Shown here piece by piece: positions 10,431-20,070 of a stretch of DNA of 64,000 nt. The stretch spans positions 5,753 through 69,752 of IMG/VR virus record IMGVR_UViG_3300031963_000024; one strand, given 5' to 3'. Under the pieces are notes generated by a model, which was not told the DNA's origin, did no database searches, and was given only the letters and a program-made list of their open reading frames with translations. Origin of the DNA: a virus (lineage: Duplodnaviria; Heunggongvirae; Uroviricota; Caudoviricetes). The stretch's first letter is position 1; the number at the start of each line of letters is the position of its first letter. A program made the position numbers and the translations under genes.

Positions 10431-12192
10431 AAAGGTCTATAATTGGTTGAGCAACAACTTCAACAGATTGGTTTATATTACTAAATGGTGTTGATTGTAA
10501 GAATAATATTTGTGAAAAAGGATAATGTGCATCATTCAAAAATGGATAATCAACACCTCTTCCATTTTGGAAAATACCGTAATTTAAAATTGTTCTCCAC
10601 AACCAAGTATTGAGATTTTGTGAGAAATAAGCCCAATAAGGTCGTGTGTTAACATTTTGTCCTACTGCGGTAGTTATAGAATCTGCAAAGTCTCTTAATT
10701 TAATTGAGTGGTGTGGTGTGTAAAAATAACCTGGTGGGTTATTACTTGTAGTAACTTCAGTTTGATATAAAGCATCGTTGAATGTGATTTTATGTTTACA
10801 ATCAGAAACCACATATTCAGTTTGTTCGATATCGTTGTATTCACAAAAATCACCTGATAAAACGTCATCAATTTTTAATGGTTGATTATAATAAAAAGTA
10901 TATGTTTTACCATTGGATACTTTATTATAAGAGCTAACAGGTATCTCGACTAAATTGTCATCAGCATTTGTTGCCCACCAGTCGTCCAAACTATCAGAAT
11001 GAAAATTAAATGACCATCCTTTTTGTAATCCGTATTTATTATTGGCGGTTGGTTTTGGTTTATTGAACCATCCATAGTATCCTTTATTAACAATTGTAAC
11101 AAACACATCGGTGACTGGTTTCATATTGTTATCAACCATATCATAGATATTTAAATCTTTTTTAAATGTGAAACTAAATGCTTGTGAGTTTTCTCGTATA
11201 GAAACTCTTTGTTGTAAGTTTGGTGTTAATGCTGAATATTCCATTTTCTGTTGGTTGGTAAACGGAACGTTTTCAAAACCCATTTTAGAAACATCAGATT
11301 CATTTTCATTTGTCAAAATCTTGTGTAATCTAACATAATATCTTGATTTGCTCTCACCTGAATTGGATATATCACCAATTCGTTTGAATGTTCCTGAAAC
11401 ACCATTTACAAATGTAGTACCTGTATAACCAGGATTTACTATCGAAAAACTTGTACTCGCGTTGTTATATCCTTGTTCACCAACTAAATCAACTCTAAAT
11501 AAATTATTACCATCATAATTTATAGACAATTCAACATATTGGTAAGACGTTAAATTGTGATTTCCAGCACATCTGAATGTGATATAATTAATACCGTTCT
11601 GTACTGTGTTAATAATTGTAAAAGGTATACCATCAGATACAACAAAACTTAAGGGTGTTCCATTAATTTGTTTATCCACATATGACATTCTTTGTTCTGT
11701 GTCAGATGAAAATGGATAACTTAAATACACACCCCAATTGTATGTTGAGGCACTTTGCGGTTGTAGAATATTATGTGGATTTTCAACATCAGTCCTAATA
11801 AAATTAAATTCATTGTACTGTGGAAGTCCACCCCATTTTAAACCAAATGTGTCGGGAACTCTTTCAAATGCGTTAAATAATATTTGGTTATTATTGACCA
11901 CAGATAATTCGTTTGTTAAGTATAAAAAATTCTTATATCCATCATAATCAGTTGTACCTGATATAACATTAGAAAATATGTTTGATATCTTTCCACCAAT
12001 TCTAAATGTTGTTGACGACTGTCTTTCAACTTCAGTTTGTTCGGCAGCGTTTATATCACTAATTCGGTCAGAATCAATTAATTCTTTTCGGTCACCAATT
12101 AATTCAACGGGTACTGATGCAAGTCTTTCAGGTGCACCTTTGTATCTAAGATTACCTTTAAGTATTGTGATGTTGTTTTGATAGTTACCCAT
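10423..12192 (-). CDS. Hypothetical protein, structural operon
   Basis: 589-aa ORF, TAATG-coupled to the upstream gene. Confidence 0.6.
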   Translation of the reverse strand: MGNYQNNITILKGNLRYKGAPERLASVPVELIGDRKELIDSDRISDINAAEQTEVERQSSTTFRIGGKISNIFSNVISGTTDYDGYKNFLYLTNELSVVNNNQILFNAFERVPDTFGLKWGGLPQYNEFNFIRTDVENPHNILQPQSASTYNWGVYLSYPFSSDTEQRMSYVDKQINGTPLSFVVSDGIPFTIINTVQNGINYITFRCAGNHNLTSYQYVELSINYDGNNLFRVDLVGEQGYNNASTSFSIVNPGYTGTTFVNGVSGTFKRIGDISNSGESKSRYYVRLHKILTNENESDVSKMGFENVPFTNQQKMEYSALTPNLQQRVSIRENSQAFSFTFKKDLNIYDMVDNNMKPVTDVFVTIVNKGYYGWFNKPKPTANNKYGLQKGWSFNFHSDSLDDWWATNADDNLVEIPVSSYNKVSNGKTYTFYYNQPLKIDDVLSGDFCEYNDIEQTEYVVSDCKHKITFNDALYQTEVTTSNNPPGYFYTPHHSIKLRDFADSITTAVGQNVNTRPYWAYFSQNLNTWLWRTILNYGIFQNGRGVDYPFLNDAHYPFSQILFLQSTPFSNINQSVEVVAQPIIDLCE

Positions 12193-15100
12193 TATATATT
12201 AATTAGATTTTTTGTTAAAAATATATCGAATGCTGTCTTACCTTTTTTCAAACCAAAGTAGAAGTGATATGGTGCACCAACAACAATTCTACTATTAGGT
12301 AATTTGAAAAATCCGTCATACGTAAATCCTGTTACATTTCCGCTAGAGTCTTTTGATTCTAGTGAACTATAGATATAACCAGGTCTTTGTCCTGTTGGGT
12401 GTTTAACAAAACTTGGGAAATAAGTACTGTCATTTAATCTGTCAATACCTTGATAAGGTGTGGTATAGATTGTACCTGATGTTATCCAATTGTTTTCCTC
12501 ACCACCAAACATACTTGGGTTAGTACCATTTTGTTTAATTTCCCATCTATACATTGGAACCACTTGTGTTTTATGTCCAAAAGTATTAAAACCAAATTTT
12601 GTTGGTGTGTCTATGAATATTTCACGGCCAGGGGAAATGTAATCTCTTGTTACAGTGTCAGAACTAAAAAATACACCAACCACAGGTTTTGGTGATGCTC
12701 CGTAAAATAAATTAGCCTCGCTGTATGACTCAGGTGAAAATGGTATAACACCAATTTCATTGTTAATACTATTTAATTGTGCAAAATCACCATCAATTTT
12801 TTGTGCAGGTCGGCTAAATAATTCACTAATTGATGAATCACCTAAACTTAATAATCTATCTAAAAAGTCTGCATTTGTTAATCTACTAATAATAAAATAC
12901 TGCATCAAATCACTAACACCTTGAAATGATGTCGCTTTTAATCTGTCGGCAACATATCCTTGAAATTCAGGTTGTGCACAAACATTTTTAATTATGTTAT
13001 CTTTAGGTCCTAAGTCAACAATAGTTGTTGGATTACCTAAAAAACGAACATTACCAAAGTTATCCTCAACTTGAGAATTTAACATCCCAACAAAATTACC
13101 GGTGTTTCCGTTAAAGGGACTTGAACGATAAAAGAAAGAATTGTTTTCTTCTTTGAATACAATCTTTTCCCTACAATAAACATATGTTGGGTTTGTAACC
13201 TCAATACCTGGATATATTTTATCATTTTGAAAACCTGGCATGTACAATACACCATTTATCCAATTGTTTGTAAATGTCATACCAAACACATTTCTACAAA
13301 TTGCAAAACCCATTAAGAATCTTGACTTCCATTCTGCAAATGATTTTAAATCATCACCAATTGCCAAATCTTTAGCAACTAAAGTATAACATCCATTTGT
13401 TATTATTGGATACTCAGTATCACCGCCAGTATAATAAACAGAATCTGTTTTTGGTTTAACTGTCATACCTCCACCAGCACTTTGTGTATACGCACCTAAC
13501 GGTACAATAGTAGGACAACTAAAACTACTCATAACTGATGTTGTACCTGTACCATAAGATTGTTCAAAATCCACAGAACTATTTGTACTATAATCAGAAT
13601 TAGATGTTACATCACCAGCGATTTCGGTTGACGCACCATTATCAGATATTGCAAATACCGAAAATGCTTTATTTTGTGAAAAAACAAATCTATTATCAAA
13701 TGAACTTGAACGTGGTAATCTGTCAGACCTCATAATAATTTTAGAACTTGTTGACATATTAAGAGTAATACCTGTTGAATATACATTACTGCTGTATGTC
13801 ACACTTCCCGCACCACACCAATTAATTGGAGGATTTTCAAAACCTTTACATCTTCTTGTCATCAACCCTCCGCCCTCAACATATTCATTAGCAAAATAAC
13901 CATTACGACCTATAACATATGTATTTGGTCCTGCCCATTTACCTGATGGTACTGAACTACCAGCAGCATAATAACCACTTATTTGAGTACCAATAGAATT
14001 ATTTGTTGACGTATCACCAACTGTTGTATCATCAGAGTCATGGTCGGAATCAAAATTTGAATATAATGAGTGGTTATGTGTTGTATACGCACTATACTTA
14101 AATGTTCCATTACCCGTTGATGGTGTAAAAACATATGACTGATTAAATAATGAAACATTATTATCGGTTAATGAATCATGTCTAAGAAGATTCAAATTGG
14201 GCGCTATTGGTATGTTTAACTTATAATCAGACTCAACAACCATAGAGCCCTCAAGAAGTCCAAATGGTTTCGAAATATCAATTTTGGTTTTTTGTCTTGT
14301 TGTATATGGGTCAACTCCCTTCATTAAGATTATTACACCCAAGTTTTTATAATTTTCAATTAATTGTAATGGTTTTACAGGTGGGTCACTTTTACCTCTT
14401 TGAGCCTTATTATTTTCATCTTTAACATTATCAAAATAAACTGTCATTTGACCGTCAATAATTCTTTTGTAAAAACTACTATTGAATAAAAGATTATCAA
14501 TTGTCGGTGTTGATGGTGTGTTTGTTTTTATTTTCGATTCAACAATATTTTGTATTTCACCAACGGTAGTTGCCGTAACTACTTGATGATATTCAATATC
14601 GGATGGGAATGTGTAACTAGCAACACCATTATATAATGTTTGATAGATATTAAATGGTTTTGTAATTGTACCACTACCGTTCGGATTTGCGTAACTAATA
14701 TTTAAAGAAGTTGTACCTGAGGATATTGTTGTTCCAGTTACAGAGTAATTATTTAACCCATTTTCTACAGTTGACGCACTTAAAATATTAACATCGTAAG
14801 TTTGAGATAAATTAACAAAGGTTATTAAATTTCCTGTTTGAAACGTTGTTATGGCGTTTGCGTCTACCAAAAAAACCATTGGTTGGTCTTCATAAAACTC
14901 AGCGTTTGTGAAAGAAATTTGACCACCATTATCCAGGTAATTTGGATAAACTTTAATTCTGTTGGAACCTCCACCAGGTAAAGTTTCAAAATAATGTCCT
15001 TTTGTATTATATAAGTTAATTCTTTCAGGAATTGGTAATTCGTTTTTACTCCAAAAATATTCATTTAATGTATTAGTATAAAACGGTGTACGTGCAAAGT

Positions 15101-17510
15101 TTTTAGTTTCAACAACGGAATTACCTGCCATTACCTGACCAAATCCAGCATTTTTCTTAATTCTTAATATTTCATCATCATCATCAATTTCTGGAAAAGA
15201 TACGTAGACACCCGATAAAGTTACATCCGCCAATGGTGAGGAATTAATGTCACCATTTACTAATGTATCAATTGCAAAATTATTGTCACCTGTTGTATTA
15301 CAATCACATGTTGAGCAATCAGGATAGGTCATCATTGGTAAATTAAATGATGGAAATTTAAATTTTTTAATTAATAAAAGAGTAATTCCAACAATAAAAG
15401 CACCATTAAGCACTATTTTACCTATAGTTGGCGCTACGTCTAATAATGTCGCCCCAAAAGTTAAAGTTGATTTAATAAAGGCATTTGCAAGGTCAACACT
15501 CAACCAATATATATTACTTACGGCGTAGGTAAGTAGTAATGTAAAAAGTAAAGGTAGTAATTTATTCCATAAATATTTAACAATATGATAAACAATTATA
15601 AATAAACCACCGACAATTCCAAATATTTGGAACAAAATTGAAATTATAAAATATAAAAGGTCAAAATTTCTTACCCCATCATTAATTGGAAATTTGTTTA
15701 CCTCAGAATCACAACTTCGGTCTAATATTTCTTTGATGGATAAGAATCTACTTCTATTAGTTCCCTTTCTATATTCATCAATTAATTGTGCTGTTGTATA
15801 AACTTTATTATAATTAAATTCATAGAAAAAATCTTGACAGCTAATTGCGGAAGTTTTATTAGGATAATCGTCCCAATTTAAAGAAAAGGCGTAAGACCTT
15901 TGGAATAATGAAAAGTTATAATCGTAATTATCAAAATTAATTGTGATTGTTTGTGGAGTTTCAATTACAACACCATTTACAACTTCAGTGGTTGTTTTTT
16001 TCTCAACAGTAATTTCAAGTGTTTCATTTCCGTTTGGTAAGTCAACCCATTTAGAATTATCAACAACATTATTAATTTTATAGGTAATACTTTTATATTC
16101 ACCTGTAATTGATTTAATTAATAATGCTTTACCACCTGTACCAAAGTCTGAATATGTAAAAGTTCTTGTTTCTATTAATTTTGTATTATCACCAAATATT
16201 GGTGAAAAAATTGTAGTTTCACTACTTCTAGTTGCTGGGTCAACGTTACCAGTCCATCCATATTCTTTAATATTTGGAACCAAAAAGTTTCCTCTTAATA
16301 AACTACCTTTTGGGTTAAAAGCAGAAAGATTTAATAAACTAGGTCCAATGATACTATTAGATGTCTGTACAGCACTGACTTCTTTTTCACCATCATCGGT
16401 TTTAATTTTGAATCTGTATTTACCTTTTGTTGGAATACCAACACTTGGATTATTTGAAAATATCAATTCGCCGAATTCATTGGTTGACACATAATCTAAA
16501 TTCATTGGTACATCAACAACAAAAGCACCATTTTCGTCAATGACCTTTCCACCCTGTTCTAACTGATACTGTTCTAATATTGGGTCACCATCTGTATCCA
16601 CATTTATTGTTTGTCTTACCGCTAAAATTCTACCAGGTCCCGCAACCATTCCACATAAGTCACCTTGTTCTGAACTTGGTTTACAATTATTTTTTAACAT
16701 AACAGAATCATTTGATGTCATGATTGACCCCATGAATGTTGCCGTCGGTTCAATTGTTATGTTTGAATCTCTTAAATCAAAATCTACCCTTGTTATGCCA
16801 ACATCACAAACATCTCCTGTTCCCCAAAAAGAAGAAACTGAAATACTTTTTCTTTGATTGACAATTTGTGGTAATGATGCTAAATCAGATGAACTTTTAA
16901 ATTGGTTACCGTCAAACTGTTTCGGGTTACCAAGATTCATTCTAATTAAATCGGTTGGTCTTAATGAGAAACAACCCATATCAGACAAATCAACATCTAA
17001 AATAACTTGTTGGTTTCCTAATGGAACTCCAACAATCATGTAATCCCCCGACTCGTTAGTTTTAACTGTGTACTTATAATATTTTTCATATATTTGTAAT
17101 ACTTCTGTTCTTGTTAAAACATCCTCTCTTGTTGGAAAAGTTCCTGTGGCAGCGTGTCCTTCATATGAAGGTGTATAGGGTAGTAAATTATATCTGAACC
17201 CATCTTCATTTTTGTCCGAAACATTTTTATATGGGTACAATGCCGATATTACGGGGTCATTTTGGTCAACTAAATCAATTGGTACAAAAACAGATACTTT
17301 GGCGTTTGGAACACCATACCCACCATTGGCAATCACACGACCAACCACAACTCCGTAATCAGAACAAAAACTTCTATACACATCAGACTGAGTAAGTTTC
17401 AAAGAAAGAATTTCCAAGAAATCGAAATCTTGGTCAACTTGTACTTTGATACTTTTGTCAGATTGTGTACTATTTCCTACTGATGTTCGTATCCTATAAC
17501 TTTTAGGCAT
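12192..17510 (-). CDS. Very large baseplate-locus protein (1772 aa) with an internal hydrophobic segment
   Basis: Follows the gp6-like gene, has its own TATTTAT motif, and carries a hydrophobic stretch plus CSTCDC at about 15300-15665. Confidence 0.6.
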   Translation of the reverse strand: MPKSYRIRTSVGNSTQSDKSIKVQVDQDFDFLEILSLKLTQSDVYRSFCSDYGVVVGRVIANGGYGVPNAKVSVFVPIDLVDQNDPVISALYPYKNVSDKNEDGFRYNLLPYTPSYEGHAATGTFPTREDVLTRTEVLQIYEKYYKYTVKTNESGDYMIVGVPLGNQQVILDVDLSDMGCFSLRPTDLIRMNLGNPKQFDGNQFKSSSDLASLPQIVNQRKSISVSSFWGTGDVCDVGITRVDFDLRDSNITIEPTATFMGSIMTSNDSVMLKNNCKPSSEQGDLCGMVAGPGRILAVRQTINVDTDGDPILEQYQLEQGGKVIDENGAFVVDVPMNLDYVSTNEFGELIFSNNPSVGIPTKGKYRFKIKTDDGEKEVSAVQTSNSIIGPSLLNLSAFNPKGSLLRGNFLVPNIKEYGWTGNVDPATRSSETTIFSPIFGDNTKLIETRTFTYSDFGTGGKALLIKSITGEYKSITYKINNVVDNSKWVDLPNGNETLEITVEKKTTTEVVNGVVIETPQTITINFDNYDYNFSLFQRSYAFSLNWDDYPNKTSAISCQDFFYEFNYNKVYTTAQLIDEYRKGTNRSRFLSIKEILDRSCDSEVNKFPINDGVRNFDLLYFIISILFQIFGIVGGLFIIVYHIVKYLWNKLLPLLFTLLLTYAVSNIYWLSVDLANAFIKSTLTFGATLLDVAPTIGKIVLNGAFIVGITLLLIKKFKFPSFNLPMMTYPDCSTCDCNTTGDNNFAIDTLVNGDINSSPLADVTLSGVYVSFPEIDDDDEILRIKKNAGFGQVMAGNSVVETKNFARTPFYTNTLNEYFWSKNELPIPERINLYNTKGHYFETLPGGGSNRIKVYPNYLDNGGQISFTNAEFYEDQPMVFLVDANAITTFQTGNLITFVNLSQTYDVNILSASTVENGLNNYSVTGTTISSGTTSLNISYANPNGSGTITKPFNIYQTLYNGVASYTFPSDIEYHQVVTATTVGEIQNIVESKIKTNTPSTPTIDNLLFNSSFYKRIIDGQMTVYFDNVKDENNKAQRGKSDPPVKPLQLIENYKNLGVIILMKGVDPYTTRQKTKIDISKPFGLLEGSMVVESDYKLNIPIAPNLNLLRHDSLTDNNVSLFNQSYVFTPSTGNGTFKYSAYTTHNHSLYSNFDSDHDSDDTTVGDTSTNNSIGTQISGYYAAGSSVPSGKWAGPNTYVIGRNGYFANEYVEGGGLMTRRCKGFENPPINWCGAGSVTYSSNVYSTGITLNMSTSSKIIMRSDRLPRSSSFDNRFVFSQNKAFSVFAISDNGASTEIAGDVTSNSDYSTNSSVDFEQSYGTGTTSVMSSFSCPTIVPLGAYTQSAGGGMTVKPKTDSVYYTGGDTEYPIITNGCYTLVAKDLAIGDDLKSFAEWKSRFLMGFAICRNVFGMTFTNNWINGVLYMPGFQNDKIYPGIEVTNPTYVYCREKIVFKEENNSFFYRSSPFNGNTGNFVGMLNSQVEDNFGNVRFLGNPTTIVDLGPKDNIIKNVCAQPEFQGYVADRLKATSFQGVSDLMQYFIISRLTNADFLDRLLSLGDSSISELFSRPAQKIDGDFAQLNSINNEIGVIPFSPESYSEANLFYGASPKPVVGVFFSSDTVTRDYISPGREIFIDTPTKFGFNTFGHKTQVVPMYRWEIKQNGTNPSMFGGEENNWITSGTIYTTPYQGIDRLNDSTYFPSFVKHPTGQRPGYIYSSLESKDSSGNVTGFTYDGFFKLPNSRIVVGAPYHFYFGLKKGKTAFDIFLTKNLINI

Positions 17511-17580
17511 AATTGTTCTTTCTCATAAATAGTTAAAGTATTATTTTACAAAAATAGTCGAAGTAATTTTCTTGTGAAGA

Positions 17581-19398
17581 TTACTGCTTAACACGAATAC
17601 CAATATCTAAATTATCGTATCTAATTTGATAGAATTCTGTTGGTTGTGCATTTATAACATCATCAATCAATCTAATTTGTTTTGTTGTGGAATCTTGATA
17701 TTTTTGTGCGGTCTGAGATGTTGAATATTTTCCTCCGACTCTGTTGAAGACCTTAACATCTGATATGTTAATAACACCTTCAGTATCTTGGACCAAACTT
17801 TTAATTTCAGAAATTAAAACATCTTCACCAAATTCTCTGTTTTGTGGTAACATATAATCACTAACTTTTGTTACAACATCTGATATGATTGAATTTTGAT
17901 TTGTGTTTTTTGCAATTGTAATATAAATTTCAAATGCTAAATCAATAACTTTGCCAGTATCAACACTTACATAATCATTTAACATTCTATAGTTAGACAA
18001 GAAAGATGCTATGTTATCTTTCAAAACTTTTGGAACATTTTGAGTCATTTTACCATTATCATCTTGGCTTAACACAATTACATTAATCTTGTTGTTATTT
18101 TCCAAAATACCAACCTTAGCTGGAACACCAAATTGACCCGGCATCTTTTGTATTAACGAGTAGTAGTCACCAAGAGTGACCGCTCTGTTTTGTGATGCAA
18201 AGTTAAATGTAACATAATTTCTAACTTCCTCTACAGATGGTGGATTTGCCCCACCAATAGCCGCAGTAACGTTTGTACATTGGATTGAATTTCTAACAGC
18301 GTTTGCAATTTCAATCGATGGTCCATTTACATCAAAATTTACATTACCAACAGTATTAATAATATTAACACCAACATTACTTTCAAGACCACCACCAACT
18401 CTATATTGTATAAACAAAGTTGTATTCGGTGTTGGAATGAATCCTAAACTCAAATTGTTTTGATAATCGTTTACTCTCAAAGTCACACCTGTTCGTGCAA
18501 AGCTAGCTAATTGGTCATCAGCTGTTGTATTACCACCACCGAAAGTCAACTTCATAAAGTTTTCAGGCGTAAACTCAGTTATAAATCTATTACCACTTTT
18601 GATGTATTTTCCAACTTTTATATTAGAGGTATCACTTGGTTTCGATGGGTCAGGAACAAAAATTGTATCTTCGGCTAATGCTTGTACTTCATACCATTTA
18701 CCAACTGAACTTAAGAATTCTTGATACGATGGTATATTATTATATTCAATTCCGTCTTTTTGTATTATTGACAATACATTAACCACGTTTCTTTCAGGTA
18801 AAAATAAACTTAAAAATGGTGTCGCATCTGCTTGTGTTATAACTTTTTTAAATACCTTTGTGATACCGTTTACCACAACCTCTCTTTTTATAATATTATA
18901 ACTTTGTATGTTGTTTGACGCATCCAAAATTGGTATTACTTTTTGATTTTTTTCTCCTGAGGAACTAAATGCTGACGCAAAATTAATGTCATTTGGATTT
19001 TCAAATGTTTGTCCCGCACCAACAAATTGTGACCCAGCTTTTAAAACACCCATGTAATCAGGGTTAGGTCTGTCACCTAAAGCGGGTACATTAATTGTTA
19101 TATCACAAACCGCGATTGATGGTCTGTTTCCCGGTATTTTCAAACCGTAAGTTCTTGCTATGTTATATATTGAACTTCTTTGTTGTGCAAATTCAAGGAC
19201 AGTTTCCTGTATGCTTCTATCAATATGATAATGTAAGTTGTCTGTTACGGCAGCGTTTAAATCCATTAAAACAGAAAAAATTGATGCGTCATTGAAGTTG
19301 TCAATTAGGTCGGGATAATACTGTCTAGTATAATCAATAAGTTCTTGTCTTATAGCGGCAAAATCTCGGACGGTATAGGATATTCTTTTTTCAGCCAT
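17581..19398 (-). CDS. Baseplate wedge subunit, T4 gp6/baseplate J-like
   Basis: SYTVRDFAAIRQELI N-terminus; AIGGANPPSVEEVR...QNRAVT..DY signature. Confidence 0.88.
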   Translation of the reverse strand: MAEKRISYTVRDFAAIRQELIDYTRQYYPDLIDNFNDASIFSVLMDLNAAVTDNLHYHIDRSIQETVLEFAQQRSSIYNIARTYGLKIPGNRPSIAVCDITINVPALGDRPNPDYMGVLKAGSQFVGAGQTFENPNDINFASAFSSSGEKNQKVIPILDASNNIQSYNIIKREVVVNGITKVFKKVITQADATPFLSLFLPERNVVNVLSIIQKDGIEYNNIPSYQEFLSSVGKWYEVQALAEDTIFVPDPSKPSDTSNIKVGKYIKSGNRFITEFTPENFMKLTFGGGNTTADDQLASFARTGVTLRVNDYQNNLSLGFIPTPNTTLFIQYRVGGGLESNVGVNIINTVGNVNFDVNGPSIEIANAVRNSIQCTNVTAAIGGANPPSVEEVRNYVTFNFASQNRAVTLGDYYSLIQKMPGQFGVPAKVGILENNNKINVIVLSQDDNGKMTQNVPKVLKDNIASFLSNYRMLNDYVSVDTGKVIDLAFEIYITIAKNTNQNSIISDVVTKVSDYMLPQNREFGEDVLISEIKSLVQDTEGVINISDVKVFNRVGGKYSTSQTAQKYQDSTTKQIRLIDDVINAQPTEFYQIRYDNLDIGIRVKQ

Positions 19399-19403
19399 TT
19401 ATG

Positions 19404-19862
19404 TTAAATATTTATAATTATGAAATCTTTTGATTGGAAAGCGTTATCACTGATTGTGTAATCAATTCTCATCTTAGCTGTGTATTCTGAAGTATTTCTA
19501 CCACCAACCCTATAAACACCATTTCCTAAGTTCTCAGAGTTTAAAGTACCAACTGACTCATATTCATCAAATGGTAAAATTATAATATCATTAATAATTA
19601 AATTAGGAATGTACTTACTTACATTATCTCTAATATCATCTTTAATTGATTCAAATGTTACACCATCTAATGGTTCAAAAATAAATTCATAAATTTTAGT
19701 ACCAAAATCAGGTAAATAATATCTACTACCTTTTCTAGTTAAAATTAAATGAATTAAATTACTTCTTATTTCTTGGTCAGGATTTTGAGACAAAGAAAGA
19801 TAATCCCCCTTTAATGAATCATTAAAAGGAAAATTAATACCATAAGTTACACCATTAGCCAT
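19404..19862 (-). CDS. Baseplate wedge protein gp25-like (sheath initiator)
   Basis: YGINFPF...IRSNLIHLILTRKGSRYYLPDFGT gp25 motif. Confidence 0.88.
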   Translation of the reverse strand: MANGVTYGINFPFNDSLKGDYLSLSQNPDQEIRSNLIHLILTRKGSRYYLPDFGTKIYEFIFEPLDGVTFESIKDDIRDNVSKYIPNLIINDIIILPFDEYESVGTLNSENLGNGVYRVGGRNTSEYTAKMRIDYTISDNAFQSKDFIIINI

Positions 19863-20070
19863 TGTTTATAAATATAGTTGTATTCCCTTTTTTGTGAGCA
19901 GGAAAAAAAGGACAATGTCTACAACCATTACCACAACAACTACCTCTCTTTAAATGAAACTCTTTTGTGAAAACATAAATTCCGTTTTCAATATAAAAAT
20001 CAGAAGGGAGAAGTTTTTGACTTCCCCCTTCCGAATTATTAATTGTTTTATTTTGATTACTTAATTTCAC
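19855..20070 (-). CDS. DUF5522-like small Cys-rich protein
   Basis: DFYIENGIYVFTKEFHLKRGSCCGNGCRHCPF. No ATG; start uncertain (GTG 20070 proposed, track uses 20100). Confidence 0.6.
   Translation of the reverse strand: MKLSNQNKTINNSEGGSQKLLPSDFYIENGIYVFTKEFHLKRGSCCGNGCRHCPFFPAHKKGNTTIFINNG
20003..20031 (-). terminator. Intrinsic terminator-like hairpin downstream of nrdJ
   Basis: GAAGGGGGAAGU-CAAAA-ACUUCUCCCUUC (12 bp, one GU pair) followed by UGAUUUUUAU. Confidence 0.6.
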
